A DNA stretch of 64,000 nt from Pseudomonadota bacterium (GCA_021323675.1 JAJPKP010000055.1:1529-65528), one strand, 5' to 3'. Numbered from the stretch's first letter, positions 28,158-38,462 are shown. Notes: generated by a model not told the origin, from the sequence alone. Program-made: numbers and translations.

Positions 28158-29045
28158 TTAGCTCTGTATCGCACGATACCAGTCGGCTATCGCACTGCCG
28201 ATATCGTGCGGCGAATCTTCCTGGATGAAGTGTATGCCTTTGACGGTGACTTCGCGCTGTTTTGGCCATCGGCGGCAGAACTCGCGCTGGGCGCCCGTCA
28301 GTATCGCGCCCGGCTCGGCATTGACGAAGAGTTTGGGAACCGGGCTCTGAGCCATCCAATCCGCGTAAGCCTGCACGATCGCGACTACGTCGGCGGGTTC
28401 GCCCTCGATCGGTATTTCGCGCGGCCACTGCAGCGTCGGCCGGCGCGATTCGCCGGGCTCCCGAAACGGCCGGCGATAGTGCTCCATTTCCTCGTCCGTG
28501 AGCTTTCGTATCACGCTGCCGGGCAGGATGCGCTCGACAAAGATGTTGCGTTTCAGGATGAGGTCATCGCCCGCCCGACTGCGCAGCGCCTTGAATATAT
28601 CCACCGCGCGCTCCGACCATTCCCGCCAGACCAGCGGCCGCACGATTGCCTCCATGTAGGCGATGCCCTTGACGCGATCGGGATGGCGGCGCGCCCAGTC
28701 GAAACCGAGCGCCGATCCCCAATCGTGAACGACCAGCGTGACCGGACCTTCAGGCAAAAGCGCCTCGAAAAACGCGTCCAGATGGCGAGCGTGATCGGCA
28801 AAACGGTACGTTCCCGTGGACGATGGTCCCGATTCACCCATCCCGATGAGGTCAGGCGCGATGCATCGAGCCAGCGGAGCGGCGTGAGGCATCACGTTGC
28901 GCCACAGATACGACGACGTAGGATTGCCGTGCAGAAATACCATCGGCTCTCCCGCTCCCGTCTCCGCGTAGGAAAACCAGGTGCCCGGCACTTCGATGCG
29001 TTTGCGTGGGTGTGGGTCAACGGCGGAAATGGATGCTTCGCTCAT
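28158..29045 (-). CDS. Haloalkane dehalogenase (LinB/DhaA-like)
   Basis: LHGNPTSSYLWRN, APDLIGMG, VHDWGSALG, RRPTLQWPREIP, GIHFIQED. Confidence 0.88.
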   Translation of the reverse strand: MSEASISAVDPHPRKRIEVPGTWFSYAETGAGEPMVFLHGNPTSSYLWRNVMPHAAPLARCIAPDLIGMGESGPSSTGTYRFADHARHLDAFFEALLPEGPVTLVVHDWGSALGFDWARRHPDRVKGIAYMEAIVRPLVWREWSERAVDIFKALRSRAGDDLILKRNIFVERILPGSVIRKLTDEEMEHYRRPFREPGESRRPTLQWPREIPIEGEPADVVAIVQAYADWMAQSPVPKLFVNAEPGAILTGAQREFCRRWPKQREVTVKGIHFIQEDSPHDIGSAIADWYRAIQS

Positions 29046-29185
29046 GAATTTCCTCGAACGAATGGCTGCATTCGACACATACGACCTGCGCCGGTGTCGC
29101 ACAAGCGGCGTTTGTCAGGATTGCGCGGGCTCAAGCCGCGAGCGCACAATTCAGATTCGTCGGAGATTCAGCGGAGGGTCGAGCG

Positions 29186-30796
29186 ATGGCTGAACGCAGG
29201 CGCAAATTCTGGGGATGGGGATACGAGGACCAGGGTCCCAATCCCGATCAGCAGCGGCATATGGCCGAGCGGATGGCGAATCGGTTCGGCCTTGGACCGT
29301 TGGAAATCACTCCGCCGCCGAAAGAGAGCGAACTGAACCTGCGCGCCCCGCGCGTCGCGCCTCCCGATTCGCTGGCATCTATCTGCACGAGCGCCACCTA
29401 CGATCGGGCGCTGCACAGCTATGGAAGCAGCTTCCGCGACGTGGTGCGCGCGTTCCGCCGATTTTTCCCGAACCCTTTCGATGTGGTCGCGTATCCGCGT
29501 GACGAGGCCGACCTGATTCGGGTGCTTGAATGGTGCGATCGCGAGAATCTGGCGGCGGTGCCGTTCGGCGGCGGATCAAGCGTCGTGGGAGGAGTGGAGC
29601 CGCCCGCCGGCGATCGCTACCGCGGCGCCGTGTCAATCGACCTCAAGCACCTGAACCGGGTGCTCGAGGTGGACAAGCTCTCGCGAGCAGCGCGAATCCA
29701 GGCCGGGGTCCTGGGACCCGCGCTCGACGATCAACTGCGTTCGCACGGCTACACTATCCGCCACTTTCCCCAGTCGTTCGAATTTTCGTCGCTCGGAGGA
29801 TGGATCGCGACGCGATCGGGAGGACACTTCGCGACGCTGTACACGCATATTGACGATTTCGTGGAGTCGGTGCGTGTGGTCACTCCAACCGGCATCGTCG
29901 AGTCACGCCGGCTGCCGGGATCCGGCGCGGGTCCCAGCCCGGATCGGATGTTCATCGGATCGGAAGGGATTCTAGGAATCATTACCGAGGCCTGGATGCG
30001 CCTGCAGGACCGGCCGACTTTTCGTGCCGGCGCCTCGGTGCCATTCGACGACTTCTTTGCCGCCGCAGAGGCCGTCCGCCAGATTTCACAGGCCGGCCTA
30101 TATCCGGCCAACTGCCGCCTGCTCGACCCGGGTGAGGCGTTTAACGCCGGTGCGACCGACAAAAACGAGGCCGTCCTTGTGCTTGCGTTCGAGTCGGCTG
30201 ACCATCCGCTCGATCCCTGGATGAAGCGGGCGCTCGAATGCTGCGCCGATCACGGCGGGCGCATTCCTGCCGACGCGGGCAAAACGCGCAGCGACGAGAA
30301 GGCCACCCATGAAGGCGCGGCCGGCGCGTGGCGCAACGCTTTTCTCAATGCGCCCTACCTGCGCGACACCGTGGTCGCGATGGGCATGGTGAGCGACACT
30401 TTCGAGACCGCCATCACCTGGGACCGCTTCCGCGATTTTCATTCGCAGATGATGGCGTGCGCGACCGACGCGGTGAAAAGAATCTGCGGAAAGGGAACCG
30501 TCACGTGCCGCTTCACGCATGTCTATCCTGACGGCCCCGCGCCCTACTACACAATTCTCGCGCCCGGACGGCGCGGCTCGGAGATGGAGCAATGGGATGA
30601 GATAAAGGCGGCGGTGTCTGACCTGTTGATCAAGATCGGCGGCACGATCACGCATCATCACGCCGTCGGCCGCGACCATCGCCCCTGGTACGATCGCCAG
30701 CGCCCGGAAGGTTTCGCCCGCGCGCTGAAGGCAGCCAAGCGCGCACTCGATCCCCGCGGAATTCTCAATCCTGGCGTGCTGATCGATCCGGACTAA
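29186..30796 (+). CDS. FAD-linked oxidase, alkyl-dihydroxyacetonephosphate synthase-like
   Basis: PFGGGSSVVGG, HFPQSFEFSSLGGWIATRSGG, GSEGILG, THVY, THHHAVG, NPG. Confidence 0.8.
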   Translation: MAERRRKFWGWGYEDQGPNPDQQRHMAERMANRFGLGPLEITPPPKESELNLRAPRVAPPDSLASICTSATYDRALHSYGSSFRDVVRAFRRFFPNPFDVVAYPRDEADLIRVLEWCDRENLAAVPFGGGSSVVGGVEPPAGDRYRGAVSIDLKHLNRVLEVDKLSRAARIQAGVLGPALDDQLRSHGYTIRHFPQSFEFSSLGGWIATRSGGHFATLYTHIDDFVESVRVVTPTGIVESRRLPGSGAGPSPDRMFIGSEGILGIITEAWMRLQDRPTFRAGASVPFDDFFAAAEAVRQISQAGLYPANCRLLDPGEAFNAGATDKNEAVLVLAFESADHPLDPWMKRALECCADHGGRIPADAGKTRSDEKATHEGAAGAWRNAFLNAPYLRDTVVAMGMVSDTFETAITWDRFRDFHSQMMACATDAVKRICGKGTVTCRFTHVYPDGPAPYYTILAPGRRGSEMEQWDEIKAAVSDLLIKIGGTITHHHAVGRDHRPWYDRQRPEGFARALKAAKRALDPRGILNPGVLIDPD

Positions 30797-30850
30797 GGGG
30801 AATTTGGCGGGTTGATGCCCGCCGGCTCGCGGTCCGCGTGAGGCGGCGTT

Positions 30851-31168
30851 TCAATCGTCGAGGTTGAGCGCCTTGCGGGCCGCTTCGCTCATCATCTGGG
30901 GCGTCCAGGGAGGATCCCACACGATCTCGATATTGGCGTCCTCGCATCCGGGTAATCCGAGCAGCTTGTCCTGAATCTCCTGCGTAATCATCATGCCCAT
31001 CTGGCATCCCGGCGCGGTCAGCGTCATCGTCACGTTGACAATCCCGCCTTCCAGCGAGACGCCGTACACCAGACCGAGATCGACGATGTTGACGGGAATC
31101 TCGGGGTCGTAGCACTCGCGCAGAACCTCGTAGACGTCGGCTTCGGTAATGGCAGGCGAATTATCCAT
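30851..31168 (-). CDS. DUF59 / SufT-like metal-sulfur cluster assembly factor
   Basis: DPEIPVNIVDLGLVY, MTLTAPGC, WDPPWTPQMMSE. Confidence 0.88.
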   Translation of the reverse strand: MDNSPAITEADVYEVLRECYDPEIPVNIVDLGLVYGVSLEGGIVNVTMTLTAPGCQMGMMITQEIQDKLLGLPGCEDANIEIVWDPPWTPQMMSEAARKALNLDD

Positions 31169-31234
31169 CGGGGCAGAACCTATTATATAAGATAGCATCG
31201 CAGATGACGCATCATCCGTCCGGAGTGTAAGACG

Positions 31235-31579
31235 ATGCCTGATGTGGAAGAGCTTTACGACGAAGCGGTGGACCTGTACGCCGACGAAAAATACGACGAA
31301 GCGATCGAGGTTTACAAAAGGGCGCTTGAAATCGATCCCGCCTTCACCGACGCGGTGCACGGAATCGCGATGTGCTATCAGGCGAAGGGCGACCTGGACA
31401 AGGCGATCGAGGTCACCCGCAAGCATATCGAGCAGGCCCCGGAAGATATTCTCGCCTTCACCAATCTGAGCATGTTCTACCAGAAGAAGGGCATGATTGC
31501 GGAAGCCGAGGCGGCCGGCGCCGAGGCGCGCCGGCTCGATTGGAAGCGGCAGTTGCGCGAAGCGAAACAGAAATCGTGA
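31235..31579 (+). CDS. Tetratricopeptide repeat protein
   Basis: YDEAIEVYKRALEIDP, GDLDKAIE TPR pattern. Confidence 0.8.
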   Translation: MPDVEELYDEAVDLYADEKYDEAIEVYKRALEIDPAFTDAVHGIAMCYQAKGDLDKAIEVTRKHIEQAPEDILAFTNLSMFYQKKGMIAEAEAAGAEARRLDWKRQLREAKQKS

Positions 31580-31586
31580 GGATGGA

Positions 31587-32345
31587 ATGAAGCTCAAGGA
31601 CAAAGTCGTGATGATCACCGGCGGGGGCTCCGGCCTCGGCCGCGAAATGGGACTGACCTTCGCGCGCGAAGGAGCGACGATCGCGGTCAACGATATCCGG
31701 CCCGAATCCGCCCAGAACGTCGTGACCGAGATCGAGCGGGCCGGGGGCAAGGCGCGGGCCTTCGTCGCCGACGTATCGTCGAGCGCCGCCGTGAAAAAGA
31801 TGTTCGCCGATTTTATCGCCGCCTTCGGCACGATCGACGTCCTCATCAACAATGCCGGCATCGGGCGCACCCGCGAGTCGAACGAGTTCACCGGCCTGCA
31901 GGACGTCGCCGATGAGGACTGGCACAAGATGCTGGCGACGCATCTCGATTCGACCTTCTACTGCACGCGCGAGGCGTTGAAGCTGATGATCCCGAAAAAG
32001 TCGGGCCGCATCATCAACCTCGGCTCGATCGCCGGCACCACCGGCCTGGGATTCGCGGTTCCATATTCCGCCGCCAAGGGCGGTATCATCTCGTTCACCA
32101 AGGCGCTTGCGAAGGAGGTCGTCGGCCACGGCATCCTCGTCAACTGCATCGCTCCGGGCTTCATCGAGACGCCGATGACCGCGCCGATCACGCCGGAGAT
32201 GCGCAAGCAGGTGATCGCGGTGACGCCAATCGGACGCTTTGGCGAGCCGCGCGATATTGCCGCGGCGGCGCTGTTTCTCGCCTCGGACGATTCGAATTTC
32301 ATGGTCGGCCAGGTAGTCAGCCCCAACGGCGGCTACGTGATCTGA
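31587..32345 (+). CDS. SDR family oxidoreductase (FabG-like)
   Basis: TGGGSGLG, NNAG, YSAAK, IAPG. Confidence 0.9.
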   Translation: MKLKDKVVMITGGGSGLGREMGLTFAREGATIAVNDIRPESAQNVVTEIERAGGKARAFVADVSSSAAVKKMFADFIAAFGTIDVLINNAGIGRTRESNEFTGLQDVADEDWHKMLATHLDSTFYCTREALKLMIPKKSGRIINLGSIAGTTGLGFAVPYSAAKGGIISFTKALAKEVVGHGILVNCIAPGFIETPMTAPITPEMRKQVIAVTPIGRFGEPRDIAAAALFLASDDSNFMVGQVVSPNGGYVI

Positions 32346-32376
32346 AACCGGCGCTCGATCAGTAAATCACCGGATC

Positions 32377-33930
32377 ATGCTGCCACGAGTCGCCGGCGTA
32401 CTGATCCCCCTGTTTTCGATCCGTACGCTCGACGACCTTGGGCGCGGAGAGATTCCCGGCCTCGCGCCGATGATCGATTTCGCCCGCGAGATGGGGCTCG
32501 GCCTGATCCAGCTTCTTCCGCTCGATGAGGGAGCGCCGGGAGAGGCCAGTCCCTACAGCGCGATGAGCGTGTTTTCGGTAGACCCGGTCTATCTCTCAGT
32601 GAAGGGGCTGAGAGGGATCGGAAAAAAATCGCTCGGCGATGCCCGCGGGAAGATTATGGCGATGGCCGCGCCCGGGCGGGCGGCGGTCCGCGCGATCAAA
32701 CTGCCGCTACTCGAGCGGGCGTGGCGCGCGTCCGGAGAACGCGCGGCCATGAGCCGCGAGTTCGAGGCTTTTTTCGAAGAGAACCGCGACTGGCTCCCCG
32801 ACTATGGGTTGTTTCGCGCTCTCAAGGACAGGTTCCAGTGGTCGTCGTGGGAGACGTGGCCGGATGGACTTCGCGATCGCGAGCCCGCGGCGCTCGAGGC
32901 CGCGCGGCGCGAGATGGCCGAAGCGATCGCGCGCTACGCGTGGTTTCAATTCCTCGCGCATCGCCAGTGGCTCGCGATACGGGCGTATGCGGCAGAGCGC
33001 CGGATGCTGCTCGGAGGGGACATGGCATTCTCGCCGGCGCGCGACAGCGCCGAGGTCTGGGCCAATCAATCGCTGTTCGACCTGGAGCGGACGGTCGGCG
33101 CTCCGCCGGACGCATTCAACGAGCGCGGGCAGCGATGGGGCCTCCCGCTTCCACGATGGGATCGGATGCGCGGTGACGGCTTCCGGTTATGGCGCGAGCG
33201 CGTGCGCAGGGCTGCGCTGATGTTCGACCTGCTCCGCGTCGATCATGTCGTCGGACTCTACCGGACCTTCTCGTTTGGCGCCGATCCTGACGCATCCGGC
33301 GAGTTTGTTCCCGCGGACGAGCACGCTCAGCGTGCGCAAGGAGAAGAGATACTGCACGCCTTGCATGAAGCGGCCGGCGGCCGCTGCGAGCTGATTGCCG
33401 AGGATCTCGGCTCGGTGCCGCCCTGGGTGCGCGCATCGCTCACCGCGATGGGAATTGCCGGATACAAGGTGATGCAATGGGAGCGCGAGTGGGGTGCGGC
33501 GCAAGAACGCTACCTGAGAGCCGCCGAATATCCGGAACTCTCGCTGGCAACCACCGGCACCCACGATACCGAAACTCTCACCACCTGGTGGTCGCGTCAG
33601 GCGCCTGAGGAGCGCGCCAGACTGGCCGAGGCCCTCGCAATCGCGGGCATCGCCGATTTACATCAGCCGCTCGGCGAGGTGGGGCTCGATGCGATCATCG
33701 GCGCGCTTTACGCCTCGCCCGCCCGCCTGGTGGTGCTGCCCGTCCAGGATCTGTTCGGATGGGACGATCAGATAAATCGCCCCGGCACGATTGACGATGC
33801 CAACTGGTCGTACCGCCTGCCATTCGCGATCGAAGATCGCGCGCAAGTTCCCGGCATCCGCGAGCGTATCGCGGCTCTACGCGCTCTTGCTGACGCATCG
33901 CGCCGCCTGCCCGGGAGTCAATCCGGCTGA
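32377..33930 (+). CDS. malQ: 4-alpha-glucanotransferase (GH77)
   Basis: SPYS, GAPPDAF...GQRWGLP, RVDHVVG, IAEDLG, GTHD, QDL, NRPG..NW. Confidence 0.88.
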   Translation: MLPRVAGVLIPLFSIRTLDDLGRGEIPGLAPMIDFAREMGLGLIQLLPLDEGAPGEASPYSAMSVFSVDPVYLSVKGLRGIGKKSLGDARGKIMAMAAPGRAAVRAIKLPLLERAWRASGERAAMSREFEAFFEENRDWLPDYGLFRALKDRFQWSSWETWPDGLRDREPAALEAARREMAEAIARYAWFQFLAHRQWLAIRAYAAERRMLLGGDMAFSPARDSAEVWANQSLFDLERTVGAPPDAFNERGQRWGLPLPRWDRMRGDGFRLWRERVRRAALMFDLLRVDHVVGLYRTFSFGADPDASGEFVPADEHAQRAQGEEILHALHEAAGGRCELIAEDLGSVPPWVRASLTAMGIAGYKVMQWEREWGAAQERYLRAAEYPELSLATTGTHDTETLTTWWSRQAPEERARLAEALAIAGIADLHQPLGEVGLDAIIGALYASPARLVVLPVQDLFGWDDQINRPGTIDDANWSYRLPFAIEDRAQVPGIRERIAALRALADASRRLPGSQSG

Positions 33931-34037
33931 GAAACGGAGAAGCGAATCAGCGCGGCCGAACTCGTTGGGCGGGGCAAAACCATTCGTTGTTGGCGCGGGT
34001 CGCCTTCGACTATATAAGCGATGGGAGGCGCGACTCG

Positions 34038-35192
34038 ATGGGACCGCTTAGCGGAATCAAAGTTCTCGACCTTAGCATGGTCGTCTCGGGACCTTTTTGC
34101 ACCATGATCCTCGCCGATCTCGGCGCGGACGTCGTCAAGATCGAGCCGCCCGAGGGCGACGTGACGCGCTCGGTCTATGGCCTGGAGCGCAACGGCGTCC
34201 CGGTGGGAATCATCAACTGGAATCGCAACAAACGCGGGATGGTGCTCGATCTGAAGCGCGACGGAGCCGCGGAGGTGTTCCTCAGGATGGCGGAGCAGGC
34301 CGATGTGGTCATCCAGAACGTAAGACCCGGCGTCGTCGATCGCCTCGGAATCGGTTACGAGGCGGTTTCAAAGCGCAATCCAAGGATCGTGTACTGCTCG
34401 ATCGCCGGGTACGGCTTCGAGGGACCCTACAAAGACAAGCCCGCTTACGATCCGATCATCCAGGGTATCGCCGGCGTCATGATGAGCCAGCGCACGCAGG
34501 GCCGTCCGCGCGCCGTCAAGAACATCATCGCCGACAAGGTCACCTCGATGACCGCGGCGATCGCGATTCTCGCCGCCCTCCAGGAAGCGCACGCCGGCAA
34601 GGGGCAGCACATCGAGATCTCGATGATGGACGCGGTCGCGTACTACCTGATGGGCGATACCGCTGTCCGCCATACTTTCCTTCCCCATGATCGCGGCATT
34701 CCACCCGCGATGGGATCCGCGGAACCTTACAAGACCGCCGACGGCTACATCACCATCGCGCCCCTTACCGACAAGCACTGGAGGGCGCTTCTTGAGGCCG
34801 TTGGCCATCCGGAGTGGTTCGAAGGCGACGAGCCGCGCAACGAGCGCGTCAAGCGCGCCGCGCGCAACCTGATCGAGCTTTTTCCGACCCAGCCCTCGGC
34901 GTACTGGCTCGAGCGGATCGAAAAAGCCGATGTTCCGTGTGGACCCGTCAACGACTTCGACTCGATCTGGGAAGACCCGAAGTTCATCGTCAACGAAACC
35001 TTCTACGAATACGAGCATCCGGTGGCAGGCAAGGTGCGCGCCGTGCGGCCCGCGCCGCGGCTCTCCGGCAAGAAGCCCGATCTATGGCGCCATGCACCGG
35101 GACTCGGGGAGCATACCGACCAGATTCTCGCGGATTTTGGATTTGCGGCTGGAGAAATCGCGGACCTTCGCGCCCGTGAAATCGTGAAATAG
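34038..35192 (+). CDS. CaiB/BaiF family III CoA transferase
   Basis: PLSGIKVLDL, LADLGADVVKIE, NRNKR, AYDPIIQ, APGLGEHT. Confidence 0.9.
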   Translation: MGPLSGIKVLDLSMVVSGPFCTMILADLGADVVKIEPPEGDVTRSVYGLERNGVPVGIINWNRNKRGMVLDLKRDGAAEVFLRMAEQADVVIQNVRPGVVDRLGIGYEAVSKRNPRIVYCSIAGYGFEGPYKDKPAYDPIIQGIAGVMMSQRTQGRPRAVKNIIADKVTSMTAAIAILAALQEAHAGKGQHIEISMMDAVAYYLMGDTAVRHTFLPHDRGIPPAMGSAEPYKTADGYITIAPLTDKHWRALLEAVGHPEWFEGDEPRNERVKRAARNLIELFPTQPSAYWLERIEKADVPCGPVNDFDSIWEDPKFIVNETFYEYEHPVAGKVRAVRPAPRLSGKKPDLWRHAPGLGEHTDQILADFGFAAGEIADLRAREIVK

Positions 35193-35200
35193 TCGGCCGC

Positions 35201-36241
35201 GTGAAGCATCCGCGACATAGCGGCTTAGCGCCGCGATCATGGATTCACGCATTGATCGCCCTGGCCGCCGCGGCGACAATCGGAGGTTGCGCAGTCACCA
35301 AGCAGCAGCCCATCACCGAAGCGCAGCCTCCCGCGCCCGAGGAAGCCCACGGCACCGCAGTCAGCACGTACTCGCCATATGCGATCGCGGCCGGGAAGGA
35401 TGACGCGCTCTGGTACACGGAATATCAGGGTGACGGAATCGGCCGAATAACCACCAGCGGATCGGTCATGCGCTTCAAGATCGATCCCAACGGATTCGCC
35501 GAGCGCATCACGGCCGGTCCGGACGGTGCGATGTGGTTTACCGATACCGCGGGCAATCGCCTCGGGCGGGTGCAATCCGACGACAAGGTCGCTTACGTCA
35601 GGCTTCCTCACGAGAACAGCAGCCCTACCGGCATCACAACCGGCCCCGACGGTAACTTGTGGTTTACCGAACATGCCGCAAATCGCATCGGCCGTCTGAG
35701 CATGGAAGGGACTCTCGCGGAATTTTCCTTGCCCAAGGGTGAAGGACCCGGAGAAATAATCACCGGGCGCGACGGCAACCTGTGGTTCGCGGAAGACCGC
35801 GCGAATCGCCTCGGCCGGATCACTACATCGGGAAGGGTCACCGAGTTCGCCATCCAAACCCCCAACTCGAAGCCCGAGGGGCTGGCGGTAGGAAGCGACG
35901 GCAACGTCTGGTTTACGGAATTGACCGGAAACCACGTTGGAAAAATCACGCCCGAGGGCGCGATAACCGAATACGAGCTTCCCGAAAAGGGAGTGCCGCT
36001 GGGAATCGCCGCCGGCCCCGACGGAAATATCTGGGTCACGATGGTTCGCGAGCACGTGATCTTGCGCGTGTCGCCCTCCGGAGATTTCACGTCATTTCGC
36101 ACCGGAGTCGACACCGTGCCGGGATTCATCGCCTCCGGACCGGACGGCAATCTGTGGTTTACCGAGCCCAACGGCAAAATCGCGCGGCTCACCACGCAGG
36201 GGCAGATCACTGAGTTTCGGGTGGCAAAGGTGGGAGGTTAG
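35201..36241 (+). CDS. Vgb (virginiamycin B lyase)-like beta-propeller lipoprotein
   Basis: Lipobox IGGC; about seven ~42-aa repeats I.xGPDGNLWFTE..N.IGRI. Confidence 0.8.
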   Translation: MKHPRHSGLAPRSWIHALIALAAAATIGGCAVTKQQPITEAQPPAPEEAHGTAVSTYSPYAIAAGKDDALWYTEYQGDGIGRITTSGSVMRFKIDPNGFAERITAGPDGAMWFTDTAGNRLGRVQSDDKVAYVRLPHENSSPTGITTGPDGNLWFTEHAANRIGRLSMEGTLAEFSLPKGEGPGEIITGRDGNLWFAEDRANRLGRITTSGRVTEFAIQTPNSKPEGLAVGSDGNVWFTELTGNHVGKITPEGAITEYELPEKGVPLGIAAGPDGNIWVTMVREHVILRVSPSGDFTSFRTGVDTVPGFIASGPDGNLWFTEPNGKIARLTTQGQITEFRVAKVGG

Positions 36242-36375
36242 GATTTCTGTCCCGCCGTCGCGGTTTTGCGCTATAAGCCGTGAAGGCGGGCTGGTCCGAT
36301 TTTCCCGCGGCGCGGCCTGCCGGAACCGAAACCGTTCAACAGTTTGGATTCCACATCAAGGGAGACTCCGACGTT

Positions 36376-37269
36376 ATGGGTAAGCTCGATGGCAAAGTTG
36401 CAGTGATCACGGGCGGCGGACGCGGTATCGGCCGCGGAATCGCAAAGACTTTTGCGGCCCAGGGAGCCGCGGTCGTGGTCAACGATCTTGGCGTTACCGT
36501 CGCGGGCGAGACGGAAAAGAGCTCGCCCGCCGACGACGTGGTCAAGGAAATCAAGGCTGCTGGCGGCACCGCCGTTTCCAACCATATGGACATCGCCACC
36601 GTCGAGGGCGGCGAGGGACTCATCAACCAGGCCGTCAAGGAATTCGGCAAGCTGGACATTCTGGTCAACGTCGCCGGCATCCTGCGCGATCGGATGATCT
36701 TCAACATGAGTGAGAAGGAGTGGGACGACGTTATCCGAGTGCATCTGAAGGGCCATTACTGCACGATGCGTCCGGCGACCGCGTACATGCGCGAGCACAA
36801 GTACGGGCGCATCATCAACTTCTCGTCGAATTCCGCGCTGGGAAGCCCCGGACAGCCCAACTATGCCGCCGCGAAGGCGGGTATCCTCGGGCTGACCTAC
36901 AGCTCCGCCAACGCTTTGCAGAAGTACGGAATAACGGTGAACGCGATCATGCCCGGCGCGGCGACCCGCATGACCGACACGATTCCCGCCGGGCGGATGC
37001 CCGGTGCGACCGGAATCCCGCAGAGCCAGAGCGCGGAAGGCACCCCCCGCGACCCCGCAAACGTAGCGCCTATCTGCGTGTTTCTGGCGAGCGACGAAGC
37101 CGCAAATGTGACGGGGCAGTGCTTCGGCGCATCCGGCTACCGGATCATGCGCTACACGCATATCGTTCCCGACAAGATCATTTACAACGACGGTCCGTGG
37201 GACATCGACAAGCTGTTCGATCGGCTGAAATCGACGCTTCTGGTCGATCTGGTCCCGCCGCGAATGTAG
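36376..37269 (+). CDS. SDR family oxidoreductase (3-hydroxyacyl-CoA dehydrogenase/MFE-2-like)
   Basis: TGGGRGIG, VNDLG, AGILRDRMI, VHLKGH, YAAAK. Confidence 0.88.
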   Translation: MGKLDGKVAVITGGGRGIGRGIAKTFAAQGAAVVVNDLGVTVAGETEKSSPADDVVKEIKAAGGTAVSNHMDIATVEGGEGLINQAVKEFGKLDILVNVAGILRDRMIFNMSEKEWDDVIRVHLKGHYCTMRPATAYMREHKYGRIINFSSNSALGSPGQPNYAAAKAGILGLTYSSANALQKYGITVNAIMPGAATRMTDTIPAGRMPGATGIPQSQSAEGTPRDPANVAPICVFLASDEAANVTGQCFGASGYRIMRYTHIVPDKIIYNDGPWDIDKLFDRLKSTLLVDLVPPRM

Positions 37270-37282
37270 AGACGAAGCTGTG

Positions 37283-37318
37283 TGAGTCCTCTCCCGCGCC
37301 CGTACGGGAGAGGACTCA
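37283..37318. terminator. Hairpin between convergent genes
   Basis: 14-bp stem TGAGTCCTCTCCCG/CGGGAGAGGACTCA. Confidence 0.7.
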
Positions 37319-38368
37319 GCCTGGAACGGCTGCGAATCGCTCGCTTGCGAGCCGCGCTTTCCGGTGGGCATTGTCGGCCGGGCTGCGCGGGCCTTCCGAG
37401 CTTGGAGCAAGAAGACCTTCTGAAAAGAGCTTGAGCACGCGCGCGGAGTATTCCGCCGGCGCCTCGAAGATCGCATCGCCGTGGCCTTTGCCTGGCACAA
37501 TCCACAACTCGCCCCGATTTCCCGCCGCCGCCGCGATTGCCCGCGCTTGCGCGAGCGGCACAATTTGATCACCTTCCTCGTGGATCACCAGGATCGATGC
37601 GGGGCCGAGGTCGCGCGCGGCATTTGTCGGATCGACGTTCCAGATCGAGTGCCCCAAAAAGAACCCTGCTTCCCAGAGCGCGGTCTGCTGCAATGCGGGA
37701 TTCAGGCCGGCAATCGATGGCACCCGCTGAAACATCGCGGCCAGGCTGCCGTAGGCACTGTCGGCAACGATCGCCTGGAACGATGCGCCCGCGGCCTGCA
37801 CGAGGATTATTTCCGCGGCTCCCTCGGAAACTCCCAATGCGCCGATCTTCCTGAAGCCGCGCCGCTTGAGCTCGCTGGCCGCGGAAAGGACTCCCATCCG
37901 CTCGGACCATCCCCAGGATGTGCCGGTATGGGCGTCATCGCCGCTGTCAATCGCCATCACTGCGTATCCGGCCTCGTGCAGGAACTTCGCATATGGAAGC
38001 ATCGTGCGCCGCGTTCCTCCGGCGGGCGGCACGAGCAGGACAGCCGCCGGGAGCTTTCCGGGGATCATCCATGCTTCGATGTTCTTGCCGCGCGCCACCG
38101 GAACTCGGATGGAGCCGAAGTCCGCGCCGAACGCCGCGCGCGGATCGGCGGGCGCGCCCGAACTTTCGCCGGGCACGTGCGGTCCGTACACGTCTGTCCG
38201 TCCCGCTTCCAGAAACGGCGGATATTTCAGGCGATACGCGACCAGCGTGGCTGCGGCGAACCATAACACCGCCACAACGCCGAGCATCACGGCGCCCATG
38301 AGAGCAAAACGCCTGGCATGACGCGGTTCTCTTGCGTCTGCGCTCGCGGTCTTCCGGGCTGGTTCCAT
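37316..38368 (-). CDS. Membrane-anchored alpha/beta hydrolase
   Basis: N-terminal TM, GVSEG elbow, ADS, D-QIV, GH; start uncertain. Confidence 0.7.
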   Translation of the reverse strand: MEPARKTASADAREPRHARRFALMGAVMLGVVAVLWFAAATLVAYRLKYPPFLEAGRTDVYGPHVPGESSGAPADPRAAFGADFGSIRVPVARGKNIEAWMIPGKLPAAVLLVPPAGGTRRTMLPYAKFLHEAGYAVMAIDSGDDAHTGTSWGWSERMGVLSAASELKRRGFRKIGALGVSEGAAEIILVQAAGASFQAIVADSAYGSLAAMFQRVPSIAGLNPALQQTALWEAGFFLGHSIWNVDPTNAARDLGPASILVIHEEGDQIVPLAQARAIAAAAGNRGELWIVPGKGHGDAIFEAPAEYSARVLKLFSEGLLAPSSEGPRSPADNAHRKARLASERFAAVPG

Positions 38369-38462
38369 CGCGTATGGTTTCTCGCATCGCTCGCGCGCGG
38401 GCAAGCGCCTTGTGAGCTTCGCGGCTCGCCTTTATGCTGCCGGAGGAGGCGGTCTGTTTTCC

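Noticed and set aside
35380-36220. Repeated GACGGCAA(C/T)(C/T)TGTGGTT units resembling a repeat array or CRISPR
   Set aside because: They are the coding repeats (DGNLWF) of the beta-propeller blades, degenerate and in frame.
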